This document shows positions 16,954 to 26,011 of a stretch of DNA of 44,016 nt, one piece after another. How positions within the stretch are numbered: the stretch's first letter is position 1; the number at the start of each line of letters is the position of its first letter. A model generated the notes under the pieces. It was not told the DNA's origin. It saw nothing but the letters and a program-made list of their open reading frames with translations, and searched no databases. Source of the stretch: Anaerolineales bacterium. Lineage in GTDB: Bacteria > Chloroflexota > Anaerolineae > Anaerolineales > UBA11579. The stretch is taken from positions 1 through 44,016 of the forward strand of contig JARROY010000013.1 in the NCBI GenBank assembly GCA_037383445.1, read 5' to 3'. The position numbers were made by a program, and so were the translations under genes.

Positions 16954-17397
16954 ATGATAAATCCACAAGACGAAAAACGATGGATGAATTGGTTTAATCA
17001 AACCCATACCGGGACCGCAGTGGAAAACCTGGAAATTTCGATCCACGCGATTAATTCGGAGCAAATTATCTTGAAGATGCCGATCACCGATAAAGCGCGC
17101 CAGCCCTATGGACTTCTGCATGGCGGAATCAGCATGGTGTTGGCGGAGACCGCGGCCAGTATGCACGCCTGTTGGGGTGTTGACCTGACAAAAATGTTGC
17201 CTGTCGGGATAGAGATCAATGGGTCCCATGTCCGATCTGCTAAAGAAGGGGTGGTCCGTGCAGAAGGTAAAGTCGTGCGCCGGACCCGGTCGATCATTGT
17301 GCATCAAGTGGATATTATTTTAGACGAAACAGATCAATTACTTTGTACTGCCAGAGTAACCAATTTTTATAAGAAGGTTGGAGAGGACAACACATGA
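16954..17397 (+). CDS. PaaI/YdiI-type hotdog-fold thioesterase
   Basis: LLHGGISMVLAETAAS motif. Start chosen at ATG 16954 with GAGGA 8 nt upstream; ATG 16945 is also possible. Confidence 0.75.
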   Translation: MINPQDEKRWMNWFNQTHTGTAVENLEISIHAINSEQIILKMPITDKARQPYGLLHGGISMVLAETAASMHACWGVDLTKMLPVGIEINGSHVRSAKEGVVRAEGKVVRRTRSIIVHQVDIILDETDQLLCTARVTNFYKKVGEDNT

Positions 17398-17951
17398 ACA
17401 AAATCTCGGGTTGGCTGATAAGGCTATCAAAGGGCTGGTTGGTTGTCGTGTCGATCATTGTTTTTGTGCTGTTTATGATCTTTGTGCTTCCCGGTCAGTC
17501 GGCAAAAGCTGAGCAATATGCTCAGGGCAGTGGGTCTCCGGATACCTCTTTTTATTACACCCCCGAAAAACTGTTTGAATTGGCTGAGACATATGGAGCA
17601 GACGGCCGGCAGGCGTACGTAAGGGCACGGTTCAGTTTTGACCTCATCTTTCCGTTGGTTTATGGGTTATTTCTTCTGACGACCATCAGCTGGTTGGCTG
17701 GTAGAGGGTTTGATCTGGACAGCCGGTGGCGCAATTTGACTCTTATTCCTATCGTGGGCGTAATCTTTGATCTATTAGAAAATACCTCCACCTCGCTGGT
17801 GATGTTGGGATTTCCACAGAGGAGATTATTGGCTGCGCAATTGGCTTCAATTTTTACACTCTTAAAATGGACGTTTGTTTATGGCAGTTTCATTGTCTTG
17901 GTGATAGTCTTTATCATCTGGATTTATAAAAAATTGAAGCACGGTAGTTAG
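17394..17951 (+). CDS. Hypothetical integral membrane protein
   Basis: 185 aa with about 4 predicted TM helices. Start and stop overlap the flanking genes. I recognise no family. Confidence 0.55.
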   Translation: MNKISGWLIRLSKGWLVVVSIIVFVLFMIFVLPGQSAKAEQYAQGSGSPDTSFYYTPEKLFELAETYGADGRQAYVRARFSFDLIFPLVYGLFLLTTISWLAGRGFDLDSRWRNLTLIPIVGVIFDLLENTSTSLVMLGFPQRRLLAAQLASIFTLLKWTFVYGSFIVLVIVFIIWIYKKLKHGS

Positions 17952-17952
17952 G

Positions 17953-18471
17953 ATGATTATTTTTCTGTTCGGTACCTGGGGAGCTGGCAAGTCTTATGTG
18001 GGGGATTTAATTCAGCGTGAATGCGGTTTGCTCCACATGGAAGCGGATATCCAATTCGATAAAAAAATGTTGAATGCTCTGCATGCTCGCAAATATCACC
18101 AGCTTGACCTGACCTATTATTACGACCGAGTCGTCAGGGATATTTTTAATTTTCAACGCAGGACCAATCACTTTGTGGTCAGCCAGGGAATTTACCAGGA
18201 AGTCTATCGCAAAATGATCTACAATGTTTTTGACCCGGATATCCGCTTTATTTGGGTTAAATATCAAAATACTAAACTCCAAAAGGAACGGCTCAATCAG
18301 AGAGCCGCAACCTACGGGAACCCAATTTCAGCCGAGCTGTATGACTATATGCTGGAGTATTGGGAAGATCCTACAATTCCTCATTACTCACTGATGAATG
18401 ACCCTGATTTGAAGCACAGCATCAAAGCTCTGCTGAATCGTTGGGGATTATGCGTCAGCTGGGATGTCTGA
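17953..18471 (+). CDS. P-loop NTPase/kinase-like protein
   Basis: N-terminal Walker A GTWGAGKS. The size of 172 aa fits small nucleoside/sugar kinases. Substrate unknown. Confidence 0.55.
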   Translation: MIIFLFGTWGAGKSYVGDLIQRECGLLHMEADIQFDKKMLNALHARKYHQLDLTYYYDRVVRDIFNFQRRTNHFVVSQGIYQEVYRKMIYNVFDPDIRFIWVKYQNTKLQKERLNQRAATYGNPISAELYDYMLEYWEDPTIPHYSLMNDPDLKHSIKALLNRWGLCVSWDV

Positions 18472-18484
18472 TTAGGAAAGAACA

Positions 18485-19732
18485 TTGAAAGAGTATTTGG
18501 AATTGTTAAAAAAACGGCCAGGGTACCGCAATCTCTGGCTGGCATCTTTAGTAAGTTTGTTGGGGGATTGGTTTAACACAATCGCGAGCATGATGATTGT
18601 TAACCGCTACACGGAAACGGATCTGGCGATCAGTTGGATTTTGATTGCCAGGACTTTACCACGCTTTATTGTCGGACCATGGGCTGGGGTGCTGGCGGAT
18701 CGAGTAAACCGTAAAACGATCATGGTAGCCGCCGATTTGATTCGCGCCGGAATAGTGGCGTCTTTTTTGTTGGTTGATCGGCCGGAACGAGTCTGGTTGA
18801 TTTATTTTCTGACCACTGCACAGTTTGTTATGGCATCCTTCTTTGAGCCGGCTTCCTCAGCTATTTTGCCTGGTTTGGTAAGGGGCAGCCAGGAACTACT
18901 AAAAGCGAATGTGCTGGGGAGTATCACTTGGTCGGTAATGCTGACATTAGGTGCCGCCTTAGGCGGATTGTTTGCTGGCCTCTTTGGAGCTCAGGCCGCA
19001 TTGGTCGCAGACTCTCTGACCTTTATCTGTTCTGCAATATTTGTTTCTCGAATTTCTTATCGTAATTTAAGCGATCTAACGGTGGAGTCTGGCGGAGGTT
19101 TTTCAGATATGGTGGTTGGGTTGAGGTATGTCACAGCTCGACCAAAAACTGCAGTCTTGACTTTGGTTAAAACTTTCGGCCAGATCGGTAGCGCCGATAT
19201 TATGATTGCTGTATTTGCCGAACGGTACTTTCCCTATGGGCAAGAAGGAGCGACCAGCTTAGGTATTATGTTCGGGGCAGCCGGATTAGGAGCTGTACTT
19301 GGTCCTTTGTTAGCCAATCGATCGACCAAAGGAGAACCCTCAGCATTAGGCCGCGGGATTCAGGTTGGTTATGTCCTGATCCCTATCGGGTGGGGGTTGA
19401 TTGGATGGTCCCCAAATTTATGGGTTGCCAGTTTAGGGATCTTGGTCAGGCTGATGGGCAGTTCGATTAATTGGACCTACAGCAATGTGCTGATCCAAAC
19501 CCAGGTTACTGACAAATTTTTAGGTAGGGTTTTTGCCCTGGATCTGGCAATGTTTACTCTTGCAACATCGGCATCAATCTTTTTAACGGGCTATCTATTA
19601 GATACAATCGAAATTTCTGCCCGAAATCTGGGTTGGATTTTCTCTATAGGGAGTTTGCTCCCAGTTGTGCTTTGGTGGATATATGAGTTGAACTACTCAA
19701 ATCCGGCAGTGGAAGGCGAATCGGTTTCTTAG
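18485..19732 (+). CDS. MFS transporter (EntS/MFS_3-like)
   Basis: 415 aa with about 12 TM helices and the N-terminal pattern YRNLWLASLVSLLGDWF typical of this MFS subgroup. Confidence 0.8.
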   Translation: MKEYLELLKKRPGYRNLWLASLVSLLGDWFNTIASMMIVNRYTETDLAISWILIARTLPRFIVGPWAGVLADRVNRKTIMVAADLIRAGIVASFLLVDRPERVWLIYFLTTAQFVMASFFEPASSAILPGLVRGSQELLKANVLGSITWSVMLTLGAALGGLFAGLFGAQAALVADSLTFICSAIFVSRISYRNLSDLTVESGGGFSDMVVGLRYVTARPKTAVLTLVKTFGQIGSADIMIAVFAERYFPYGQEGATSLGIMFGAAGLGAVLGPLLANRSTKGEPSALGRGIQVGYVLIPIGWGLIGWSPNLWVASLGILVRLMGSSINWTYSNVLIQTQVTDKFLGRVFALDLAMFTLATSASIFLTGYLLDTIEISARNLGWIFSIGSLLPVVLWWIYELNYSNPAVEGESVS

Positions 19733-20097
19733 CGCAGATCTCGGCCGAAAGGAGCGAGCGCCAGCGGAATCAGTTTAAAATGCTGGTTGCCAAAAGGAAT
19801 GCCGATAATCGTAAGATACAGAATTAGCCCGTGAACCAAATGGGCGACTGCGATTTCCCACCCAAAAAAGATTGCCCAGATGAGGTTCATAACAATGTTG
19901 GCTGGCCTACCAGCGTTTTCGTTCGGGACAATTTCTCTACCAAACGGGGTGAGGGTGGCTACTCCAAGCTTTATGGTTTGGGTGCCAAAGGGTATCCCGA
20001 TGATGGTCAGGCACAAGAGCAAACCGCCCAGTATATATCCCATACCTGCTAAAAAACCGCCAAAAATCATCCAGATAAGGTTCCCTAAAAAACTCAT
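19729..20097 (-). CDS. yccF: YccF-domain inner membrane protein
   Basis: Internally duplicated TIIGIPFG motif (LTIIGIPFGTQ and LTIIGIPFGNQ), characteristic of YccF. 122 aa. Confidence 0.8.
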   Translation of the reverse strand: MSFLGNLIWMIFGGFLAGMGYILGGLLLCLTIIGIPFGTQTIKLGVATLTPFGREIVPNENAGRPANIVMNLIWAIFFGWEIAVAHLVHGLILYLTIIGIPFGNQHFKLIPLALAPFGRDLR

Positions 20098-20216
20098 TGA
20101 TTAGCCTCCTATGATGACTAAATTATATATTCAGATTTAACGGCATCAGATAAATTGGCATTTTACTTGCAACTATTTGGGGAAAGTGATCGATTACTCG
20201 TACGAGGAGTCCAGCA

Positions 20217-22238
20217 TTGGTGAGCAAAGAACGAGCAACAGGAATAGACGTCAGCCATTATAAAAAATTGGTTGATTGGATTGAGGTAAAGAAGAGCGGG
20301 GTGCAATTTGCTATCCTCAAGGCAACCGAGTCAGATAATTTTGTTGACCCAAGATTTGATTACAACTGGAGCCGGACCCGCCGCCAAGGCATGATTCGCG
20401 GGGCGTACCATTTTTTCAGACCCTTAGTGGATCCAGTCCGCCAGGCTAACAACTTCCTTAAAATTGCTGGCAGGATTCTTCACCAAACAGACCTCCCCCC
20501 TGTTTTGGATATTGAATCATATCCCGATTTTGTTGCCAGGGAATGGAAGCAAATTAGTCTTGATGATAGATTGCGGAGAATTCAAATTTGGCTGCAGACA
20601 GTCGAATCTGCCACTGGTCGAACTCCAATCATCTATACAAATTATTACTCCTGGCGAGATTATCTTGGCAACACGGAGAAGTTCTCCCGAAATCCGTTGT
20701 GGATTGCCGCTTACAAGGTCAATTCACCAAAGATCCCTGCCAATAACTGGGGCGGAAAGGGTTGGACGTTTTGGCAAACCAGCGAGAAAGGCATTGTACC
20801 TGGAATTCGCGGGGAAGCGCCTTGCGTGGATATGGATGTTTATCGAGGAACAATTGAGGATCTTAAATCTTGGTTAAAGATTGAGGGGCCACGGGCATTA
20901 CCGCCAGCTGTTACCAATGGAGATATGATGGCGGCTTTGATTGATGCGGCTGATCTGTTAGAAATTTCTTCGGATGACCTTATCAATCGGGCTGGTTTGG
21001 GATATCTGGTGGATCCGATTGGAAACAGCCTGCGCCCATATGACGGTCCTGCTGTGCAGGATTTACCATTATCTAACACTGAAAAGAAAAAACTTTCCCG
21101 AATGCTTGATAAATTTATTGGAGCAAATTCCATTTCCTGGTGTATCACTCACCAGGACCTGATCAACGCTTTTTATTCTGTGGGCTCTTTGGATGGCACA
21201 GGTGGGTGGACGCTGGTAGAGCGAGCAGGGTTGAATTATATTGGAGAAGACCGCTCTGCTCTATATCAAGGACCCGTGATTGAGATGCTTCAAGGATTGA
21301 CAGAAGAACAAAAAACCGCTTTGTCCGAAGCCTTGGGGCTAAAAAAGCCACAAATTGCTGAAGAGCCGGCGGAAGTTGAGGACCCAATTGAGGTGCCCGT
21401 TGACGAGGTTGAAGAAGAACCAACTGAGTTGATTCCTGTTGAAGAGGATCATACTGAAGAAGATGAAACAGAAAATATGCTCGAACCGCTCGATCCTGTC
21501 GATGAAGCTGAATTTGAAATCCCTCAAGAAACTGTGCCCTCAGACTCCTCCGCAACCTACGGAAACAAGTTTGATAACCAGGCGATGATCAACGCTTTTT
21601 ATTTGGCCGCGATAAAACTGGACTTGAGCGGCAGAGATCTGATCGGTTCTGCAGGGCTATTGCACCTTTTAGAAAATCGGATGGACATTTACACAGGTCC
21701 CCGTATTGAACTGCTGCCCAATCTCTCACGCATTCAACGTGAGACCATTGCAGAACTCCTCGGGATTCATCTGGACGAGAGTCTTATGCCAGATGAGAGT
21801 CTTATGCCTGAAGAGGTGGATCTGGTCGAAGAAGAACAAGTCCTCCCAGAAGATGAACTTAGTTTGCCTGTATTGGGTGTTACTGAGGATATCCAAAGTC
21901 CTCAAGAAGAACTCGTAAGTTCCGGAAATGGGACAGGTACAGGTGAAGATGTGGAAGTAATATCAGATCCCACCTACCCACCCATTGGCACGGTGATCAC
22001 CCCAACTTATCCAGGGCTGGTGAACCAAGATTTGATCAACCTGTTTTACAGAGTGGCAGCCCTATTTGGTGAAAACGGTTGGCATTGGATTGTGAACTGT
22101 GGCTTAGCGGCGATAGGGGCCAACCGGAAAACTCGTTTTGAAGATTACAAAGGTCCATATATTAAAAGTATTCCCGGTCTCACGAAAGACCAAAAAGATC
22201 TTTTAGAACGCGAAATTAACCAACTTAAGTTTGCGTAG
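20217..22238 (+). CDS. GH25 muramidase (lysozyme) with four C-terminal copies of an unassigned ~65-aa module and acidic linkers
   Basis: The N-terminus GIDVSHYKKLVDWIEVKKSGVQFAILKATE...DIE...WTFWQ is a GH25 catalytic domain (aa 7-215). Repeats lie at nt 20916-21110, 21147-21341, 21570-21764 and 22014-22220. The start is TTG 20217 or GTG 20220, after GAGGAG. Confidence 0.85.
   Translation: MVSKERATGIDVSHYKKLVDWIEVKKSGVQFAILKATESDNFVDPRFDYNWSRTRRQGMIRGAYHFFRPLVDPVRQANNFLKIAGRILHQTDLPPVLDIESYPDFVAREWKQISLDDRLRRIQIWLQTVESATGRTPIIYTNYYSWRDYLGNTEKFSRNPLWIAAYKVNSPKIPANNWGGKGWTFWQTSEKGIVPGIRGEAPCVDMDVYRGTIEDLKSWLKIEGPRALPPAVTNGDMMAALIDAADLLEISSDDLINRAGLGYLVDPIGNSLRPYDGPAVQDLPLSNTEKKKLSRMLDKFIGANSISWCITHQDLINAFYSVGSLDGTGGWTLVERAGLNYIGEDRSALYQGPVIEMLQGLTEEQKTALSEALGLKKPQIAEEPAEVEDPIEVPVDEVEEEPTELIPVEEDHTEEDETENMLEPLDPVDEAEFEIPQETVPSDSSATYGNKFDNQAMINAFYLAAIKLDLSGRDLIGSAGLLHLLENRMDIYTGPRIELLPNLSRIQRETIAELLGIHLDESLMPDESLMPEEVDLVEEEQVLPEDELSLPVLGVTEDIQSPQEELVSSGNGTGTGEDVEVISDPTYPPIGTVITPTYPGLVNQDLINLFYRVAALFGENGWHWIVNCGLAAIGANRKTRFEDYKGPYIKSIPGLTKDQKDLLEREINQLKFA
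21774..21809 (+). repeat. 18-nt tandem duplication inside the GH25 gene linker (DESLMP x2)
   Basis: GACGAGAGTCTTATGCCA followed by GATGAGAGTCTTATGCCT: two in-frame copies with 2 mismatches. Confidence 0.9.
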
Positions 22239-22306
22239 GGCTAATGCGTGTGTTGAACAGATGTTTTTGGATGACCAAGAATTAATAGTTGGGGTTTTGC
22301 CTCCGG

Positions 22307-22335
22307 TTGCGTGTTCTACAATCTTCCTGTATAGT
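22307..22335 (+). promoter_or_regulatory. Candidate sigma70-type promoter for the 22369 lipoprotein gene
   Basis: TTGCGT (22307-22312), a 17-nt spacer, then TATAGT (22330-22335). Confidence 0.45.
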
Positions 22336-22368
22336 TATCTTGAATAATCGAGGCAGATGGAGCCAGTT

Positions 22369-23289
22369 ATGAGAATCCTCAAATTTACAATTGTTTGGCT
22401 TTTGATTCTGATCATTATCGTGTTAACTGGATGCGGGCCAATAGAGCAGCGTTTGGCGGATGGAACAGCTGTCGCTGCTGGAAGGCAGGTAGGTTCTCCG
22501 TTTTTGGATGGATCCGGGGGCGGAGATGCAATAGATGCTGTCGCCCAGTCATCCGCACAACAAACCGCGGAATCTTGGGAAAAAACTTTGCAGGCTTCCC
22601 TAGATGCTTTGCTCTCCCTCACACCAGAGCCGACGGAAACGCTCAAACCCCCGCTGCCAGATGATACAGCTACGAATATTCCCGTTGTTGATGAAGAAAC
22701 TGCCACCATCGATTCTGCCAACCTAACTGCCCTGGCACAAACCTTGACGCTCATCGCTGCTGGAACTCAAACTCCGACTCCCACCCTGGAACCTACTGCA
22801 ACGGCTACTCAAAAACCAACCAGAACTCCAAAAGTAACCCCTTCAGCAACAGAAGTGCCTTGTCTTGCTTTTCGGTTCGTTGCAGATGTGTCCTATCCGC
22901 CGGGCAGTCTGGTGAACCCTTCAACATCTTTCTTTAAAAGCTGGCAGGTCCAAAATGTGGGGACTTGTACATGGCGAGGAGATTATGCATTGGTTTATGA
23001 TTCGGGTTTCCAATTAGGCGGGACGTCTCTGCTCTTTTTGGGCTCTGGTCTTTCTGTGGCTCCCAACCAGTTTCTAACGCTTACCATCCAGCTCTGGACA
23101 CCGCCCCAGTCTGGCACATATACCAGCTATTGGCTGCTGCAGGATTCCGATGGCAATCCATTCGGCGGTGGACCTAACCAAGATCAACCGCTTTATGTCC
23201 AGGTCGTAGTGCCTGGAGAATCTCCACCTGAATTCACCAATCCGGCATCCACCTCTCCACCGTTCTATACATCGACACCTGCACCATAG
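22369..23289 (+). CDS. Lipoprotein with a Thr/Pro-rich linker and a C-terminal Nbr1_FW (NBR1 Ig-like) domain
   Basis: The signal peptide plus lipobox is MRILKFTIVWLLILIIIVLTGC. The TPTPTLEPTATATQKPTRTPKVTP linker is followed by a C-terminal region with SWQVQNVGTCTW...GTYTSYWLLQDSDGNPFG, typical of Nbr1_FW. ATG 22369 (GGAG 6 nt upstream) is preferred over 22357. Confidence 0.75.
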   Translation: MRILKFTIVWLLILIIIVLTGCGPIEQRLADGTAVAAGRQVGSPFLDGSGGGDAIDAVAQSSAQQTAESWEKTLQASLDALLSLTPEPTETLKPPLPDDTATNIPVVDEETATIDSANLTALAQTLTLIAAGTQTPTPTLEPTATATQKPTRTPKVTPSATEVPCLAFRFVADVSYPPGSLVNPSTSFFKSWQVQNVGTCTWRGDYALVYDSGFQLGGTSLLFLGSGLSVAPNQFLTLTIQLWTPPQSGTYTSYWLLQDSDGNPFGGGPNQDQPLYVQVVVPGESPPEFTNPASTSPPFYTSTPAP

Positions 23290-23311
23290 AAACCTCTGGG
23301 TTGTTTGAATT

Positions 23312-23341
23312 AAAGAACGCACGACCGTGCGTTCTTTTTTT
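23312..23341 (+). terminator. Intrinsic terminator
   Basis: AAAGAACGCACG / CGTGCGTTCTTT inverted repeat followed by a T-run to 23341. Confidence 0.85.
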
Positions 23342-23386
23342 ATCTATTGGTTTAGAAAAGATTTGAAACGATGTGGAATGGGGTGG

Positions 23387-23415
23387 TTGTATCGGAATCT
23401 GGATCATCGTATAAT
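23387..23415 (+). promoter_or_regulatory. Candidate promoter giving a leaderless folC mRNA
   Basis: TTGTAT (23387-23392), a 17-nt spacer, then TATAAT (23410-23415). The ATG at 23423 is 7 nt downstream of the -10 and there is no SD. Confidence 0.45.
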
Positions 23416-23422
23416 CAACTCC

Positions 23423-24859
23423 ATGGAAAATCAAACGCCACATAAGAAATCCATATCGCAAGTCATTGATTCTTTCCGCCAAGCAGAACGCTGGCTGTTT
23501 ACCTTGATCAAGGATCCAACCGGACAACGATATTTCCAGCAAAAGAGTATGGAAGTCCGGATGGAGGAGTTTACTGAGCAAATTGAGCGCATGCAAGCAT
23601 TTATGGATTTTTGCAGTAACCCTGAAAAAAAGTTTCCGAGCATTCATGTTGCCGGAACCAGCGGGAAGGGATCGGTAGTGCGGCTGATTGCTGGTATCTT
23701 GAGTGCTTCCGGCTTGAGGGTCGGTTATCATGTCAGCCCTTATTTACAAGTTTGTAATGAAAAATTGATTGTCGACAACATCATGATATCCCCATCCGAA
23801 TTTACGGCATTGGTTGAAGATTTTAAGGGGAAATATCAGGATTGGTTGACAAATAATAAAACCTACGACAGCTTAAAGTATGGCGAAGCTTGGGTGGCTC
23901 TGACGATGTTGTGGATGGCAAAGCAGCAGGTTGATTGGGCTGTGATTGAAACGGGTCTAGGGGGCCGGTACGACCCAACCAATGTTGTCCCTTCAAAATT
24001 GGCCGTCATCACAAATGTGAATTATGATCATACTGAGGTGCTTGGAGAAGAATTAACTCAAATTGCAGACCATAAGGCAGGGATAATCAAACCGAATAGT
24101 CTGGCAATTACAGCAGAGACAAATCCGGAAGTTCTGGCAGTCATTGAATTAGAAGCGAAACGGAAACATTCAAGGTTGTTCCGGTTGGGCAAGGAGTTTG
24201 ACTACCATGTGGAACAAGATGGTGACACCCTGCTCCTTGAGGTGAAAGGTGTGTATCAAACATATCAGGATTTGCGTATAGCCATGAAAGGTGAGTTCCA
24301 ATATGCCAATGCAGCCTTAGCGGTAGCTAGTGTGGACCTTTTAGCCGGGGCGGGATTGTTATCCACGACCAAGGAACAGGTGAGACAGGGGGTGCAGGTT
24401 CAGTTTCCGGGAAGGTTTGAAGTGGTTCAGGAAAACCCGTGGGTGATATTGGATGGAGCGCACAACCAGCATAAAGCCGCTGCTTTGGCGAATAGCTTAA
24501 AACATGCTTTTCCCGATCAAAAAATGACCGTTGTTTTGGGAACCCTATCGATTAAAGATTTTTCGGGGATCGTGCAGGCTCTGGCTCCGATTACAAAACG
24601 CTGGGTTGCAACTCAGCCGAAGGTGTTGGGAAAACCCTCGGCATCACCGGAGATATTAGCTGAGGCGATCCGAGCCGTGATGCCAGACGCAGAGGTGCAC
24701 CAGTCAGACGATGTACGATCAGCAATTCAGCTGGCACATCAATTGGTGGCAGAAGATGAGGTAATCCTTGTGACGGGCTCCCTGTATATGTTGGGTGATG
24801 CCAGATCGATGTGGTATCCGGTGAATCAGATCCTGAAAGATTTGGAAGATCAATTTTAA
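23423..24859 (+). CDS. folC: Folylpolyglutamate synthase / dihydrofolate synthase
   Basis: Mur-ligase P-loop HVAGTSGKGSV and a FolC-type layout. The ATG at 23423 is chosen because the longer ORF start (23327) lies inside the upstream terminator. Confidence 0.85.
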   Translation: MENQTPHKKSISQVIDSFRQAERWLFTLIKDPTGQRYFQQKSMEVRMEEFTEQIERMQAFMDFCSNPEKKFPSIHVAGTSGKGSVVRLIAGILSASGLRVGYHVSPYLQVCNEKLIVDNIMISPSEFTALVEDFKGKYQDWLTNNKTYDSLKYGEAWVALTMLWMAKQQVDWAVIETGLGGRYDPTNVVPSKLAVITNVNYDHTEVLGEELTQIADHKAGIIKPNSLAITAETNPEVLAVIELEAKRKHSRLFRLGKEFDYHVEQDGDTLLLEVKGVYQTYQDLRIAMKGEFQYANAALAVASVDLLAGAGLLSTTKEQVRQGVQVQFPGRFEVVQENPWVILDGAHNQHKAAALANSLKHAFPDQKMTVVLGTLSIKDFSGIVQALAPITKRWVATQPKVLGKPSASPEILAEAIRAVMPDAEVHQSDDVRSAIQLAHQLVAEDEVILVTGSLYMLGDARSMWYPVNQILKDLEDQF

Positions 24860-25974
24860 TCTAACTGTAAAAGCACAAATTTGAGATAGCGTAGTTCTGG
24901 CATCACGAGTGGTGCTGGATGATCGTTTGGCTGCCCATATACCCCAAGAAGCACCCCAGAGCGCCGAGATGCGGACAGTCCATTTTCAATCAGTTTAAGG
25001 AATTGCTGCTGGTGAATATGGCTGGAACAGGATGCTGCTGCCAAGATTCCTTTGGGCGCAGTCACCCGAGAGCCAAGGCTGATTAATCGGGTGTAGGCTG
25101 TTTCTGCCTGAGGAACGCTTGCCTCTGAGGGTGCGAACGAAGGCGGATCGAGAATGACCATCTCCCATTGTTCCTGTGCTTGGGATGCTTGAGATAGAAA
25201 TTTAAAGGCATCTGAGTTAATCGTAGTATGCCTTTCCACTGGAAGATGGTTATATTCCCAATGGTTGCATGCAGCTTTCAGCGCAGGAGCGGCTAGGTCC
25301 AGCGTTGTGACATGTTCCGCACCACTTTTTCCAGCATAGACCGAGAAACCGCCGGTATACCCAAAAACATTCAATACCGTTTTGCCGGAAGAGTAGGGTT
25401 GGATGGCGGCGCGATTGTCCCTCTGGTCCAAGAAGAATCCGGTTTTTTGTCCCTCGATCAGGTTTGCAGTGAAGGTGAGATTATTTTCTTTGAAAAAAAC
25501 GAGGGGTTCGCTGCTGTCACCAAGGATGGGCACAGTTTGGTTGAGATGGTCACTGCGAGATTTGTAAAAGACCTGGGTAATATCTAACGTTTCCTGCAGC
25601 AAATTAGCGATCTGATCTACTTGCCAGAAGTGGTCTGGGGCAGTCCCATCTGTTACAACAACGGCGGAATGGTCATAAATATCGCATACAAGACCAGGTA
25701 GCCCATCTCCCTCGCCATTGAATAAGCGGTAAGCATTGGTATCAGTAAATGGCGAGAAGAGTAATTTGCGTTGCTGGATGGCTTGTTGCATGGTCATTTT
25801 CGCCCATGTATGGTTTAGAGAAACTCCAGGATTGGTCGTGCAGATTCGAAGTGCGATGGGGCCGGTTGGATCAAGAAATCCTTTGGCGATTTCTCTTCCC
25901 CCGCGGTTATCGAGCAAAATGGCTGGAGTGCCCGGTTCGACCTCCGGCATCTGCCTGAGGGCATCTGCATACAC
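24856..25974 (-). CDS. rlmI: SAM-dependent 23S rRNA m5C methyltransferase, RlmI/YwbD-like. The true start is probably upstream of 25974.
   Basis: SAM-binding VLNVFGYTGGFSVYA and catalytic ILDPPSF motifs. The conserved N-terminal motif GHAWVY lies in frame upstream of the first canonical start codon. Confidence 0.8.
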   Translation of the reverse strand: MYADALRQMPEVEPGTPAILLDNRGGREIAKGFLDPTGPIALRICTTNPGVSLNHTWAKMTMQQAIQQRKLLFSPFTDTNAYRLFNGEGDGLPGLVCDIYDHSAVVVTDGTAPDHFWQVDQIANLLQETLDITQVFYKSRSDHLNQTVPILGDSSEPLVFFKENNLTFTANLIEGQKTGFFLDQRDNRAAIQPYSSGKTVLNVFGYTGGFSVYAGKSGAEHVTTLDLAAPALKAACNHWEYNHLPVERHTTINSDAFKFLSQASQAQEQWEMVILDPPSFAPSEASVPQAETAYTRLISLGSRVTAPKGILAAASCSSHIHQQQFLKLIENGLSASRRSGVLLGVYGQPNDHPAPLVMPELRYLKFVLLQLD

Positions 25975-26011
25975 CCATGCATGACCCTGTTTAATCGTCT
26001 TGACCAGGTTT

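Noticed and set aside
20217-23289. The GH25 lysozyme, together with the baseplate-J-like protein at 1806..3311, considered as evidence of a prophage remnant.
   Set aside because: The two genes are 17 kb apart and are separated and flanked by housekeeping genes. No integrase, terminase, capsid, tail or holin genes or att-like repeats were seen.
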